Positions 52,081 through 64,000 of a stretch of DNA of 64,000 nt are shown here, in pieces. The notes beneath the pieces were generated by a model. The model did no database searches. It was not told where the DNA came from and was given only the letters and a program-made list of their open reading frames with translations. A program made the translations under genes and the position numbers. The DNA comes from Guillardia theta CCMP2712 (Eukaryota; Protista; Cryptophyta), in contig NW_005434614.1 of the NCBI RefSeq assembly GCF_000315625.1, positions 430,272 through 494,271 of the forward strand. The letters run 5' to 3'. Positions within the stretch are counted from its first letter, which is position 1, and each line of letters starts with the position of its first letter.

Positions 52081-53327
52081 GTGGACCTTTTACGAGTGGA
52101 AAGTGGGGGAACATGGGGAGAAGAGGCCGGGCACATGAGGCGAGTCGGGGACCAGACCCCTCTTGCGGCCGGCCTCCAGGGGGTACAGAAAGGTACGGGT
52201 CCTTTTCGTCTCGAGAACTCTAGGACGTAGGACCAATGTCGTAGGAACAGGTCTCAAAGCCACACGATCAGACCTGCTTAGGCTTGCTAAGACCTGGGTC
52301 CTAGAACAAGGTTCAAACGTGGTGGAAGCACAAACACAATGAAACAGAGTTGGCGTAGCGAAAGTTGTCCTTTTGAGCACTTCCCTCGAATAAGTATAGA
52401 GATTTTACCCATGATCCTACATCAGTCCGCCATTGATGTTTGGCACAGCTAGAAAGTGCACCTCTTCACCTGCGTACTACCCCACCTTCTTTCTACAGCC
52501 CATATCTATATTGAACTACCCTTGTCCCATTCCTTACCACCCCCCTCACCCTCATCATGATCCTTTTGTATCTCGCGTGCACGTTCGGAGTTTGAACTGA
52601 AATCTCTTTGATTAGGGGTGGGGTGGTAATGACGAGGTCTGAAATTACACCACCCTTGGTTCCGAGTCTGATTGTATGGTGGGGATTCGAAGTGTTTGGG
52701 CCCTTTATCGGGGGGATCTGATAGAGTGGGGTAGTTTCACACCCCCACCCCATGAACTGACGGGTGGAAGCGCGCCGGGGAACACAGATGGAACAGATGT
52801 AGGTGGGTGGTCGGATCATGGGAAAGTTATAGGGGGGGGTCCTGTGAAATAGCGCTGCCTCGTTCATTGGAAATGGGCAACGTTTCGACTACCCCACCTG
52901 TAATAGATCTACTACCCAGGGTTTACCGGTAGAATTGTTGGGTATTCCTAGGGTAGTGTAAAGGGTGGGTGCAGAATGATCCCAGATCTAGGAACATGCA
53001 TTATACCAGGGTGGGTGTATACAGGAACCCCCTGTATCCTGTGTGACTGAGGGGGTATTTGTGGTGCTCTGATCCAGGTTGGGGGTAGAGGGGGGTAGGG
53101 TTTTCCATCCTGCTCCGTTTCCTTGCGCTCAGGGCAGGAGGGATTGACTTTGCTCAGTCTCTCTCTCCCGCTCCTTTCTCCTCTCCTCTCCTCTCCTCCC
53201 CTCCCCTCCCCTCTCCTCTCCTCTTCCATATCCTCTCCTCTCCCATCTCCTCATATCTCCTGGCTCCTCTAGCTCGGCTGACTTCCTTTAGCTCCAAGTT
53301 GGAACTAATCGACAATTCTGTGTTGGT

Positions 53328-54813
53328 ATGAAAGCGGTGCACAGCCTCGGAGAAATGATACGAAATGGAATCGGCGTTGATGATTCTCTCGGCCGTTCTG
53401 CCCATTCCAACAAGACAGATGGGACGTCCTACCACAGTCTCGGTGAGAACGTGCATGCTCTCACGCGATCACATGTGCATGGTGGTGGCCCGTCCAAACC
53501 TACTTCTTTGTTGACAAGGCTGGGGTTGACTGACTAGTGATTCAGGCGCGGAAAGGACGATTGCGCGAAGACCTTCAACACCTCGGGGAGTAGATGATGT
53601 TGTTCTCCAGCATAGAGCAGAGAACCCCAGCATGGAGGATGACTTTGACATCGCTGTTGCCAACGTTGATGCCCTCCCTGCCCACATTTACCGAGACGAC
53701 TCGAGTTCTTCTGTGAATCTGTTGGAGAAATTTTCAAATATTCCATTGAGAATACGTGGGAGAGCTGAGGCCTGGGAAGTTCCGCGGGATCAAATCAAAC
53801 TCGCAAGTAAAATAGGGGAAGGAACAGGTGGAGTGGTCTATCTCTGCAGATGGAGGGGTTTGGATTGTGCAGCCAAGCTGTTAAGCACTGCTTCCAAAGT
53901 CTCTGTAGAATATCACGATATGATCAATGAGATCTCAACAATATCCCATCTCCGTCATCCCAACCTGGTGCTTTTTCTGGGTGCTTGCACTGTGTCAGAG
54001 CCATTGCTTATCTTGAGCGAGTACATGGCAGGGGGATCACTGGAGGACAGATTTGACCTGAAAAAGAAGCAACTTGGGAGACCTTGGAAGCCGTCGAGAA
54101 TTCAAGCGATCAACTGGTGCATGGACTTATCTCGCGCTGTCTGCTTTCTCCACAATTGCACAACTCCGATTATTCATCGCGACCTGAAACCTGCTAACCT
54201 GCTGTTGAGTGAAAATGACCACCTCAAGGTCTCTGATTTTGGTCTTTGCAAGACATTAGCCAAAGTCAAGGAGGATGGAACTCCTTATACGATGACAGGA
54301 TGTACAGGAACAAAAAGATATATGGCACCTGAGGTGGTTTTGAGCCAGCCAGATTATGATGAAAAAGTGGACATCTATTCTATGGCAATGATCTTTTGGT
54401 ACATCTTCAAGGGAGAGCGTCCATTCAATTTGATCGAGCCTCAACTCATCTCCTTGCTAACCTCGTCGAGGGGACTGCGTCCAGACTCGAGGGCGATAGG
54501 TCAGCAGTTTGATTTGAATGATTGCAGAGATTTGATAGTTGACTCCCCAGGTTGGCCTGAGCTTGAAGAGCTGGTGGAATGTATGTGGGCAGAAAATCCC
54601 AAGCTGGTTGTCCTCTCTCTTGGTATTTTTACATGCTGACCATGGAAACAGCGGCCATCTGCTGTTGAAATCGTTTCTAAGCTGAAGGTCATGCAATCAG
54701 CAGCTAATGCCTCTTCTGAAGATGTGAGAGACGATGCGTGTAATGTCTGTCGTGTTGACATTCTGCAGGCAAAGGTGACATGTAAATGCAAGTTCAATTG
54801 TGTTGTACAGTAG
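53328..54813 (+). CDS. Tyrosine-kinase-like (TKL) Ser/Thr protein kinase with C-terminal CaaX
   Basis: WEVP..IGEGTGGVVY, AAK, LRHPNLVLFLGAC, HRDLKPAN, DFG, GTKRYMAPE, KVDIYS; spliced end RPSAVEIV..CKCKFNCVVQ* (stop 54811-54813); start uncertain. Confidence 0.92.
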
Positions 54814-54889
54814 CTAGTCATTAAACAACCGCCACCCTTGTAATTCTTGAAAATAAGTACCAGACGATTAGCATTGTTCAACTCATGGC

Positions 54890-57211
54890 GATCAAATCGA
54901 AATCTCTCCGTCGCTGAGACGAGGCTTCAGGACAGTTGTGGAAACGAAAGACCTGCGGTTGAACGAGGGCCAAGTGACATTCGGTTTGAAGGGGAATACT
55001 ATAGAGATCCTGTGTTACCTTCTGGATATTGCATCCAATTACTGCTAGCCCACTTCACACCAGCTGCAGGGCCCTGTCGCAAGGTCATGAATTTGCTTGA
55101 ATTCATTGATGCTACCTCAACAAGATGTAACTGGAATGTGTGACGCTCGCGCTCAGTGCGGTTTGATAATGACAGATGGTCCAGAGTTCCAGCAAAGCAA
55201 ACCTGAGTATGGAGAATTGTCAAACGATTCAATCGACAGGAGAAAATGAGCAATGCTAAATGGCAAGCGAATCAAGAGCAACCAAGTGAGAGGATACGAG
55301 TGAGGCGAAGGAAAACTATGTTGAAACAATATTACCAAGTCGCCAGCCTTCACCGGAAGAGAAACAAATCCTGCCTGCAGCATGCTCAACAAATATGTGC
55401 GACTGGATCTAATCATTTCTGACCTTTTTGAGCGCCTCAACAGTCTCTTGCGAGTAGTGCGGATTTCCTCCAGGAACTTTCCCAACCCATTTCTTTGCCT
55501 CTTCATGCCTCCCTACTGTCTCGTGAGCCCATTTCAGGAAATTCATACATCATTAAGCTTCACCAGGTCCAGGCTCGTTCACCTCAACGGTGTTCAAGGT
55601 GATCTGTTACAACGAACGTCTCAGTGAAGCCTACAGACATCCAGCAACAGGTCACTGAGACAGAGAGGTATGGAGGGGAATCAACCCGGGCGAAAGCAAA
55701 GGCGGGTGGAAAGGTTGCGAGGAAGGATGCGAAAGGAAGGCAAGTCGCAGGATAACATGGTTGATTGGAACAAAATGGGGACAAGAAAGAAAGGGAGAAA
55801 GACCTTTCCGCTTGTGTCAGGTTCATTCCTTAACAGCTGGGCTCGCAAAGGTTCACTGCAGAGGATATCAGGGAGGAGAGAGAATGGGTGATTAAGAATA
55901 ATGGTCAGGGATGGGAATCTAAAGAGTAGCTATCATTAGAATGGTAAAAGAGGGCTATGGGAAGAGTAATTATCACCAGGATGTGGAGTGGGGAATGTCA
56001 GGAGTAAAGATCACCGGTGAGAGCCTTTGCGTGCCCAAAGGCATCCATTCAGTTCGTCTGCTTCGTCCAATGCTAGCCACAAGCCAAGACACCTGAGCGC
56101 AAATGAGACTCGTTGCAGGCGTTAGACATGGTTGCAAACGTCTGCACTGGCTCGGTGAACAGGTATGTTGAGTCCTGATGCGACGTAACTTCTCCTCCTT
56201 GGATACCAGGGATGAGGAGGCAAGGAAGACATGTCATGTGTTCGAGCACCTATCTTGGCTTGTTTGAAGATGTACATCGATTGCGGCAGTACAGGATCCT
56301 AGCAACCCCTCACGCGCCGCATCTCTGCAGGAAGGATACCTTGTAGCCAAGGCTCTTCACCAAGGCCTTCACCTTATCTGACTGCGCGTACTGGCGAAAG
56401 ACGGGATCGATGAAATGCAGACCGTGACCAACTTTGTTGATGATGCTCGCCTTGTTGTTGAACGGCTTTACGACCCCAGTGTCCTTCACCTCAAGCCCTA
56501 AGAAGATGTCGCATGGCAGCTGAACATTACCTTGTCGACTGCCTCGGCTTCCAAGAAGAACCTGACCTGATGAGGCATGAGCGAACATGGCAAGCAACCC
56601 ATCGTGTCCATCACCGTGGACGCCGAGCCCAAAAAATACTCCTGAATCAACATCATCCCATCACCGTCATCTCCATCAAAGTATCAGAGCTTGCACACCT
56701 GATTGAGTTTGTCGTTGCCGTACGTGTGGAACACTGAGCCTCTCGCCTCCTCTGGGTCCCATTGGTCGATGAGCTGTTGCATTCTTCCTGCAGATTTGGT
56801 CGGCATACCTCGCGCGTTCTAGCCTTTTACCTTTCATCTCCTTGACCTCATCTTGAGACGCAAACCCCGGTAAAACCTTGAGGTTGTTCAGTTGGTGAGA
56901 GTGAAAGTAAACAAGATCTCACGATGATTCCGTCACGTATGAAGTCCTTCACATGCTCACTGTCAGGAGAGCATTCCGCTTGCCCGGGAATGGTGTAACT
57001 GTTAACCGTCGTGAGCAAAAAAGTTCTATCTCCCAATTGCTGCTCTCAGCCCATGCAGGATCCAAAAGCGCAGATGGCATCGGCTCTCTTCCTTCTCTGC
57101 TCCTCTTGTGATGATCCACTTCTTCTGGTGTCTCTTCTCGCCCTCCTCTCGTCTTCTCTTCTCTTCCCCTACCCGCTCGCTGATCCGATCGATTCACCTG
57201 AACTGCGCCAT
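54890..57211 (-). CDS. PHYHD1: Phytanoyl-CoA dioxygenase family, PHYHD1-like Fe(II)/2OG oxygenase, multi-exon; ends approximate
   Basis: [13 protein letters not shown]; PQSMYIFKQ; [17 protein letters not shown] (HxD ~56172-56180); [19 protein letters not shown]; PVKAGDLV; DHLS..N...R; SNWMQ. Confidence 0.85.
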
Positions 57212-57979
57212 GGCGCAATTTGCTTTTGCAAATTGAGGCGGGCTCGTTTTACTTTAAACATTCCACAAGTAAATCACTATTGGGTCCCATCGGCGTACGG
57301 GCCCGGCCCGGACCCGGCTGTGATCCAATTTCCATCTAGAAGGACGTAGTGCTAGAAGGGAGGGGTAGTCGGCATTTCGGTACGGGTCCTTTTACTTCGT
57401 CTTGACACGTAAATCTTGTGAGGATGGAAGCGACTTCGAGTAGGTAGGGTACTTTTACTAGGGGTGGTCAAGTATAAAGGGGGTGCGAGTTTCAATAATC
57501 CAGGGAAATGCTGCGGGATGCGAGCGGGAGAGGACGAGAAAAGGAGGCAGGAGAAGATAGAGGAGCTGTTGGTGCCTACAATGATGCTCGTGATGCCGAT
57601 GAATCGAATCCGATGTGAAACAGGGAGGGTAAATACACTAGAAAGTATTCAGTAGGCTGGGGACTGTCACGAAGGAATAGCATTCGCACAAACAACAGAA
57701 GGAGACAGAATCGGTTGTCTGGAGAAAGAAAATGAAGGGCTTTCAGCAAGTTGAATGAATATACATGAAGGGTAGATACTATGAAGGTGCACTCTAGGAA
57801 GCAGCTTGGCAAGAGATGGTTCAAATGCGTGGATGAAGAATTCCGTAGTGTTTAGATAGCAATGCTTGTGCAGGGCTGTCTGAAATGTGGACCAGTGACA
57901 TCTTTGGGGTTGAGTCTGTTTCTCTTCATGTGGTTGAGCTAGCATCTTTTTATCTGGTTGTGCAGGAAACAAAACGAAG

Positions 57980-59192
57980 ATGAGAATCGGGCAATCTATC
58001 CTGCCGAGATTGCATGGCGGCATCCGAGCAATTAGATTCAACACGACATCTGCAACTGCTTCATGTTCATCTCAATGGCTGTATCGATCAGCACAAGGGT
58101 CTGTTGGAGTTTTGCCCTGTGCGTACAAGAATGGCATGCAGAGACGATCGCTTCGACCCAGCTTGAATGTGTTTCACGATATGCAGAGGAGCTACGTTAC
58201 CGGCACGTGGGCTGCCCGCACAATGATGCCGGTTCATGCTAGGACGTTGCTTCCTTGCTTTTTCTGGAAGGAGCATCGAACGTTTACTTCAGAAGCCCCA
58301 GGTTCAGAATTGATTCTCTCTTTGACACCGATGTGCGTTGTGAGATGTGAGTTACAGCGGAAAGTCAGAAAGACAAATTCAAGAGGCTGATGCAGGTTAA
58401 CAGCTGGACATCAAGGACCTCTTTTCTGAATGACCGAGATCTCAGGAATATGGAAAAGTAGTTCTACTGTCTCATTCAACAATATGGGGGCTCTCTTTGA
58501 TGGTATTTGATGCAAAGGACATCTCGTCTCTAATGATGCGATCAGGGAACCTACGCTTTCATCCAATCCATGGATCTCACTGCCTTCATCGAGCTTCTTC
58601 CCAAGTCGTGAGTAACATTATTGAGACAACTGCTATACGACAATGTTGAAACTCCCTCAGGATCGCTTCCCATGTCGATCCATCAGCAGGCAAGTGCAAT
58701 GCTATACCGTTTCCTCGTTCACAATGCTCCGATCTCAGGAGCGTTTGCGATTGCTTTCGTTCTCGTCAAGCTCACAGGGTGTGCGAGTAGTTTGAAGGGC
58801 CTTGCAGATTGATTGTGTTGCTCTGCAGCCCCGCGAGGCTCATGATCGACTTCGCCATCACACCAACTCTCGCGGGATTTCTCAGACAGACGTGGCTCGC
58901 AGGTGGACGTCATGAAGGGTGGTCTGACATCTCGAAGAATGATGTCTTTTTAGGCCCTCTTGGCCTCAAGAAATTCACTGAAGATGATAAGAACGCTTAC
59001 AAGGTCGTCGGCCGCCTGGCTCGAGATGTGGGTCAAACGAGTGCTTGAGTGATGAAACTGACTCAGTGTAGCGGATGATAGAGCGCGCGGGCCAGGGTCG
59101 AACAATAGCCAAGTTGACGTATAAGAGGATAAGAGATTCGAAACACACGGTGAGAAAGAGTTTGTGATGAAGATGAGAGGTGACAAGATTTG
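57980..59192 (+). CDS. FAM210/DUF1279-like membrane protein, possibly mitochondrial, multi-exon
   Basis: Arg-rich presequence-like N-terminus; LIQQYG; GAFAIAFVLVKLTG|PARLMIDFAITPTLA matches the DUF1279 C-terminal pattern. Confidence 0.55.
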
Positions 59193-59607
59193 ATTTCAGA
59201 TCAAAGCGATCTCGGTATATCTCTCATGACAAAATCAAATTTCATTGGCCTTCACTTGTGCTCATGCAAAAAAATTTGGTCTTCAAATGTGCTAATGCGG
59301 ATAATGATCTTTTCCCTTCTCTGTTTCGATTTGCTCTCAACCAATGTGCCCTCAGTTGACAATCTTGTCAACCCTGCAGACTTGGAGAGAGCTGAACCGC
59401 TACCTCAATCGCCTCGATCTGGTGGGCAATCTTAAAGGCTCTTCAGCCCTTTGAACATTGCAGCAGATACGGCTTAGAGCAGAATATTCGAAATCGATAA
59501 GGAGGAAGCTAGAAAACTTGAGGTTTGTTGTTTGTTCGTTGAGCGAAATGTCACAAACATGCAGGTCAAGATCTATGAAAAGACGGGGCAAGTAATTTAT
59601 TACAGTT

Positions 59608-61113
59608 TTAATCTTTCAAGTTATGCGCATCCTTCTTCAAACTAGACATTGCCCTCCGCAACATCGTAAAATCCATACTGATGCTTCGTTTGTCGGCACC
59701 AACATCATGCCCACCTCGTTGACAGAACTTGGAGCGCATCTCATCCATCTCATTGCTCTTTTGCATCTGAGCAGGCTTCGTCCAAGGTCTCAATGATTCA
59801 ATCCATTCTTTCCTGTTCTTGAAATTGGAAATCCGGAAATTGAACGAGCTGCCTCCTTTAACTGGGGTGAGATGGATTATGGTGAGGTCTTTCTCATCAC
59901 TCTTCAAAGTCATCCCCCGCAAGCTGATGACCTCCATAGGGTCTGATGTCTCTGACTTCTTTACGTTCAGATCTCCCTCAATGCTGAGCTCACAGAAGCG
60001 CATTTCCCACTTGCAGGAGAAGAAGCACCTTGTCTTCACCTCCATCCATCCTGACTTTAAGAAAGGAGCGGTGGGCGCAGAGGCAGACAACTCTTTCTTC
60101 TGCTTGAACAGCAGCATGAGACTCGGAGTCTTGCGCATCGGGAATGAAGACACAGACTTCTGCTTCTTGGTAGGTGCCCAAAGGTCATACAGATGTTGCT
60201 TCCGAACATCCTCGTTGGACTCACAAGCTGCTGCGATGATCTGAACTGCACTCCCGTGGTAGTTTCCTGTAGCCAACAGTGATCTTATGGATGGATGGGG
60301 TCGAGACTTTGCTTGCAAACCACATTCGATCTCATCTTTTTCCGAGAGTTCCTCTGTCAGGGGAGAATCGAGCTTCTCCGACTTTTCACTCGGGGCTTGT
60401 TCGACACTAGATGCCTCAGAGTCCATCGCTAAAATTTCCGCAGCGATCTTGCTGGGCAGCGGATTCAAGCTTCCAATACCGGCTGGCATAGATATCGATC
60501 TTGTCGAAGACTTCTGAAGAGAAGGAGCTCGGGGAAGAAATGCTGCCTTGGACGTGGGTGTTGCCGTGATGGAGAGTGCTGCACTGGCCGACACCGCCCT
60601 ATCGAACGCTGCATTGTACACTGTAGAGGAGAAGGAGGAGGAGAAAGTAGAACTTTTGCTTGAGGTTGGGGATCTGGAAATAGTCGAAGCACTTGAAATC
60701 ACCGAAGCCGAAGATGTAATTGACACGTTTTGCGTAGATGGCGGAAGATTGGTGAGGTCTACCTTTGGACGAATGGGAGGTCTCCCCGTGTTGATTATTG
60801 GTGCTGGTTCCGTATTGATTGTTGATGCCAGTTCCGTATCTTTCAAGTGATTTGGTGTTGGTGAATAGCAGGAGCAGTTGTCTGATCCTTCTTTCTCTCC
60901 CGAAGGAGGGCGCGCAGCAGGAGGGAGGGGACGGATAGAACTAGCCTGCGAAGGCTTTCCAGCTTCCGGGGACCGTGATGAGGGCAACCCAGCCGGTTCA
61001 GAAGAAAGAGAGGCATGCATGGTCATGGGTGGACTTAAAGACAGAGATTCAGCTCCCGGGGATTGCGTAGCAATAGATTCGTTCGTCGAGGAGTCGTCTC
61101 GACGTGGGACCAT
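59608..61113 (-). CDS. Single-exon PH-domain protein with long Ser/Pro-rich N-terminus, paralogue of 5984-6697
   Basis: 501-aa ORF; LKSGWMEVKTRCFFSCKWEMRFCEL..RKEWIESLR. Confidence 0.8.
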   Translation of the reverse strand: MVPRRDDSSTNESIATQSPGAESLSLSPPMTMHASLSSEPAGLPSSRSPEAGKPSQASSIRPLPPAARPPSGEKEGSDNCSCYSPTPNHLKDTELASTINTEPAPIINTGRPPIRPKVDLTNLPPSTQNVSITSSASVISSASTISRSPTSSKSSTFSSSFSSTVYNAAFDRAVSASAALSITATPTSKAAFLPRAPSLQKSSTRSISMPAGIGSLNPLPSKIAAEILAMDSEASSVEQAPSEKSEKLDSPLTEELSEKDEIECGLQAKSRPHPSIRSLLATGNYHGSAVQIIAAACESNEDVRKQHLYDLWAPTKKQKSVSSFPMRKTPSLMLLFKQKKELSASAPTAPFLKSGWMEVKTRCFFSCKWEMRFCELSIEGDLNVKKSETSDPMEVISLRGMTLKSDEKDLTIIHLTPVKGGSSFNFRISNFKNRKEWIESLRPWTKPAQMQKSNEMDEMRSKFCQRGGHDVGADKRSISMDFTMLRRAMSSLKKDAHNLKD

Positions 61114-61884
61114 TTTTGTTGATCTGATGCTGAATTCTCCACCTGATCAAAAGTATGCTAGAACAAAGAGAAGCCAAGGAAGAGTCTTGGTGCAATGATT
61201 TAACTATGATGTAGGCGCAATAAGGGGGAGGGGGGGGGGTTAGAGCAGCTGTATGGGGAAGGTGAGGAGAGCGTGCCGTCAGCAGGTGGGGAGAGGAAAT
61301 GGGTAGGCGGAGCAGACGGCAGCAGGCGCTTGGTAATCGTACAAATCAAGTGGGGTGGGGTGGATACCTACACAGTACGGTAGGGTGGTCTGCAGCAGAT
61401 AGTTGAGGGGTGCAGCTACTCCAGAGGCGAAAGGATGGGAGGATGAACGACAATGGATGATGGGGCCATGAGGTAAGGTGTTGAAGGTCTTTAATTTTCT
61501 AATTCGATAAATGGATATAATGCCTATCCCTGGAAGTGTTGAGCCTGAGCTTTCCGAGATGATTGAGGGGTACAAGATCTCTGCGGGGTTGAAACGATTA
61601 AGATGTTTGGGTACAATGGGGTGGGGTACATTGCATTATTCTGGATACAGGGTAGGGTCAACAATGATCTTGATCCGAGAGGGTGTAGACCAAACATGGG
61701 TGGGTATGTGTTGCCTGATGGAGTGACAGGCAATACAGCCAGGGTGGGGTAGTGAACAGTAAAGAAAGGGCTGTTCATTGTTGATTGAAGGAGACAGGGG
61801 TACCCTACCCCTCAATTGGTGAATTTTACTTCCAGTACCCTACCCCAGTTTGGTGAAGCAAGAATTCCACCTCCTAATAATGAA

Positions 61885-61955
61885 CTACTGCTAGAGGCAT
61901 CGATAAAGTGCCCACCCCCCTCTACTGCTAGAGGCATCGATAAGTGCCCACCCCC
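61885..61955. repeat. ~36-bp direct repeat, 2 copies
   Basis: CTACTGCTAGAGGCATCGATAA(A)GTGCCCACCCCC at 61885 and 61922. Confidence 0.85.
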
Positions 61956-62319
61956 ACCCCTCGATTGCTCTCAGGCAGTACCGCAAGGGGTTAAATCGCT
62001 GAAGAGGTAAACCTCCCAAAAAAAATTAAACAATACTTATAATATTGAAATAATATTTCAAAAATTGAATATTGGTGAAAATTCCAAATTTACTCGAAGA
62101 TGTTCAATAAGTTTGGCTTCTAGGGTGCACTGCGCTGATCCTAGGCCCCTGACGGACATTCCGGGAAGCGGGGGAAGGGGGTGGTGACAGCAATAACCTG
62201 GTTCGAGGTCTCTCAGGTGCGCCTTCTCCCGGTCAGCAATAGCTATCTTCTAACGCCCATGTGACTCTTCGTCCCAACTGTCCTCAGCTCTCAGCCTGTC
62301 AGTCAAGAACAAACTGATG

Positions 62320-63570
62320 GCACTGCCCGGCCGGCCCGGCGTGACTTTGAGTAAGTCAGTCACTGAAAAGACGGTCGGCCCCCGACCGGCATAGCGTGAC
62401 TCGTGACTATGAAGACCCGCCGGGCTCGCCGGACGTCGGACTCCGGGACGTGACTCCGTGAGCGGCGGCCGGGCTTTCCGACGATGGCCCGGCCCGGCTG
62501 CCGCTGTGCCGGGCCCGGGCCCAGGCCCGCGGGGCCGCCCGGGGGCAGGCCATGATCATGATGCCAGAGCCGCAGGGTCACTGTGAGAAGGCCAGGACTC
62601 CGCCGCGCCGGCGCGGGCGGGGGGCCCCGGGGCATGCCCGCAGTGCCGCCGCAGCCTGCCAGTGCCCGGCCGCGGCCACGGCGATGCCCGCCATGTCGGA
62701 TGCGCCGCCGCAGCCTGCCGCCGGGGACCCCCCCGGGTGACCCGGTGCCACCGTTTTCCCCGGCCCGGCGAACTGAGTTCGGGCCTGACTCTGACGGGCC
62801 CGGTGCCACGGTGATGGGCGGCGGCCCGAGGGGAACTTCGGCGGCCAGCCTGGTGCGGCGGGCCGCCGCCAGCCCGGCCGGCCGGGTCACCCGGGTGGCG
62901 GCGCTGCACGCACGGTCCGTACCCCTGCGGCCGGGGCCGCCCGGGGCGGGGCTACCGTAGTACTGACCGTACCGCCGTGACCCGGTGACGGCGAGTCACA
63001 GAGTCACCCGACGGTACGCCGGGAGTCAGTAGAAGGAGGCCGGCCCTAGTGCGGTACTACGGCCCTCTCACTGAGTCTCCCGAGTACGGTCCCGAGTCCC
63101 GCCGCCGGGGCCCGGGCCGGCGGACTTGCCCAGTGCCGGGACTCTCACGGTCCGATCAGCCTCACTATGATGCCACCCGGGGCCATGATCATCCGATCGA
63201 GTCGGTCGGCTCGGGCCGCAAGTTACTAACGGGTGACTGCGTTCTTGAACTCGGAAGCGGCTTGTTGGCACTCCGAGCCGCCTCGCCGTTCGGAAAGCCC
63301 AGCCTTTTCCGAGTCCGACAGTCACTCAGTGTGAACAGTGACTGAGTGTGACTCGCCGCTACTGAGTGTGACTGGCCGGTACAGCCTCCCGGAGTCCCGG
63401 CGGCGTGTACTACACGGTACGGTACCAGCCGGCCGCCGGGCCGCTCACTGCGGCGGCTTGAAATGCCCGGGCCGCAGTACTGGTTCCGATTCCGAGTTCA
63501 TTCACAGACGGTAGGCCCCCCGGGCCCCCCGGCCCAGGCCTGCCGGCGGCGCTGTGACTGCCTGGCAGTG
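62320..63570. repeat. GC-rich non-coding block dense in CCGG and GTGAC/GAGTC words
   Basis: Very high GC, only low-complexity G/P/R/A ORFs, recurring short motifs. Confidence 0.5.
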
Positions 63571-64000
63571 TCACGGATCGAATCACTCTAGGCTGCAATA
63601 AGTCAAGTTCCTCCATCGTTCCTGGAGCAAGCTGTCAGTCTGGGTTACAACTAGTCCAAGGGTGCCACGACTTTCTGTCATTGTATTTGACGTGCGCACA
63701 TTGACTTACATGTTCACGGTCCAAAAAACGACCAAATCGTAGAGGAACTTCAGCAACAAATTCCATCTCTTCCTTTGATTCCTTTCTCAAACAAAAACAT
63801 CAGACTAATACAGCAAATGTCGATAGATCGGCACACAGGATGTTGAAGTTTCAGGCGGTGAGCCCACAACATAAGTCCAGTGGGTTCAGGCCTAAGTGTC
63901 CGTCAAAACTTTCTGTGTAAACACCTGAAAGAATCATGCGTACGTCCATTCAGGTCTTCCACAAGAAATGCCAGTGTATTTCTTATCTCCTATTATAGGG

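Noticed and set aside
62360-63616. Gly/Pro/Arg-rich ORFs as genes
   Set aside because: Open in several frames only because of extreme GC content; no motifs or exon logic

Overview
Eukaryotic nuclear DNA: gene-dense, with short GT-AG introns and many simple repeats. The style most resembles a cryptophyte alga such as Guillardia theta; this is inference, not proven. There is one 100-N assembly gap. About 14 genes can be reconstructed by joining ORF fragments across introns: a secreted trypsin-family protease, an RhaT-like (L-rhamnose/H+ symporter family) transporter, two intronless PH-domain paralogues, a GT4 glycosyltransferase, a CYFIP/Sra1/PIR121 homologue with a polyproline tail, a CCDC66/CSPP1-like coiled-coil protein, an RRM+SPOC (Spen/FPA-like) protein, two tandem bHLH-PAS-like factors, a ~17.5 kb giant cell-surface gene, a TKL kinase ending in a CaaX box, a PHYHD1-like dioxygenase and a FAM210/DUF1279-like protein. 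Most notable: (1) the ~5,000-aa receptor-like protein combining IPT/TIG, discoidin-like, RCC1, EF-hand and EGF modules with one TM helix; (2) the bHLH-PAS pair, nearly identical from the basic region to the stop codon but diverged at the N-terminus, next to a dense CACGTG cluster; (3) a 2.1 kb element with 25-bp perfect terminal inverted repeats, a TGA target-site duplication and no recognisable transposase. Exon boundaries were read by eye, so gene ends are approximate unless stated. No CRISPR, tRNA or rRNA was seen.
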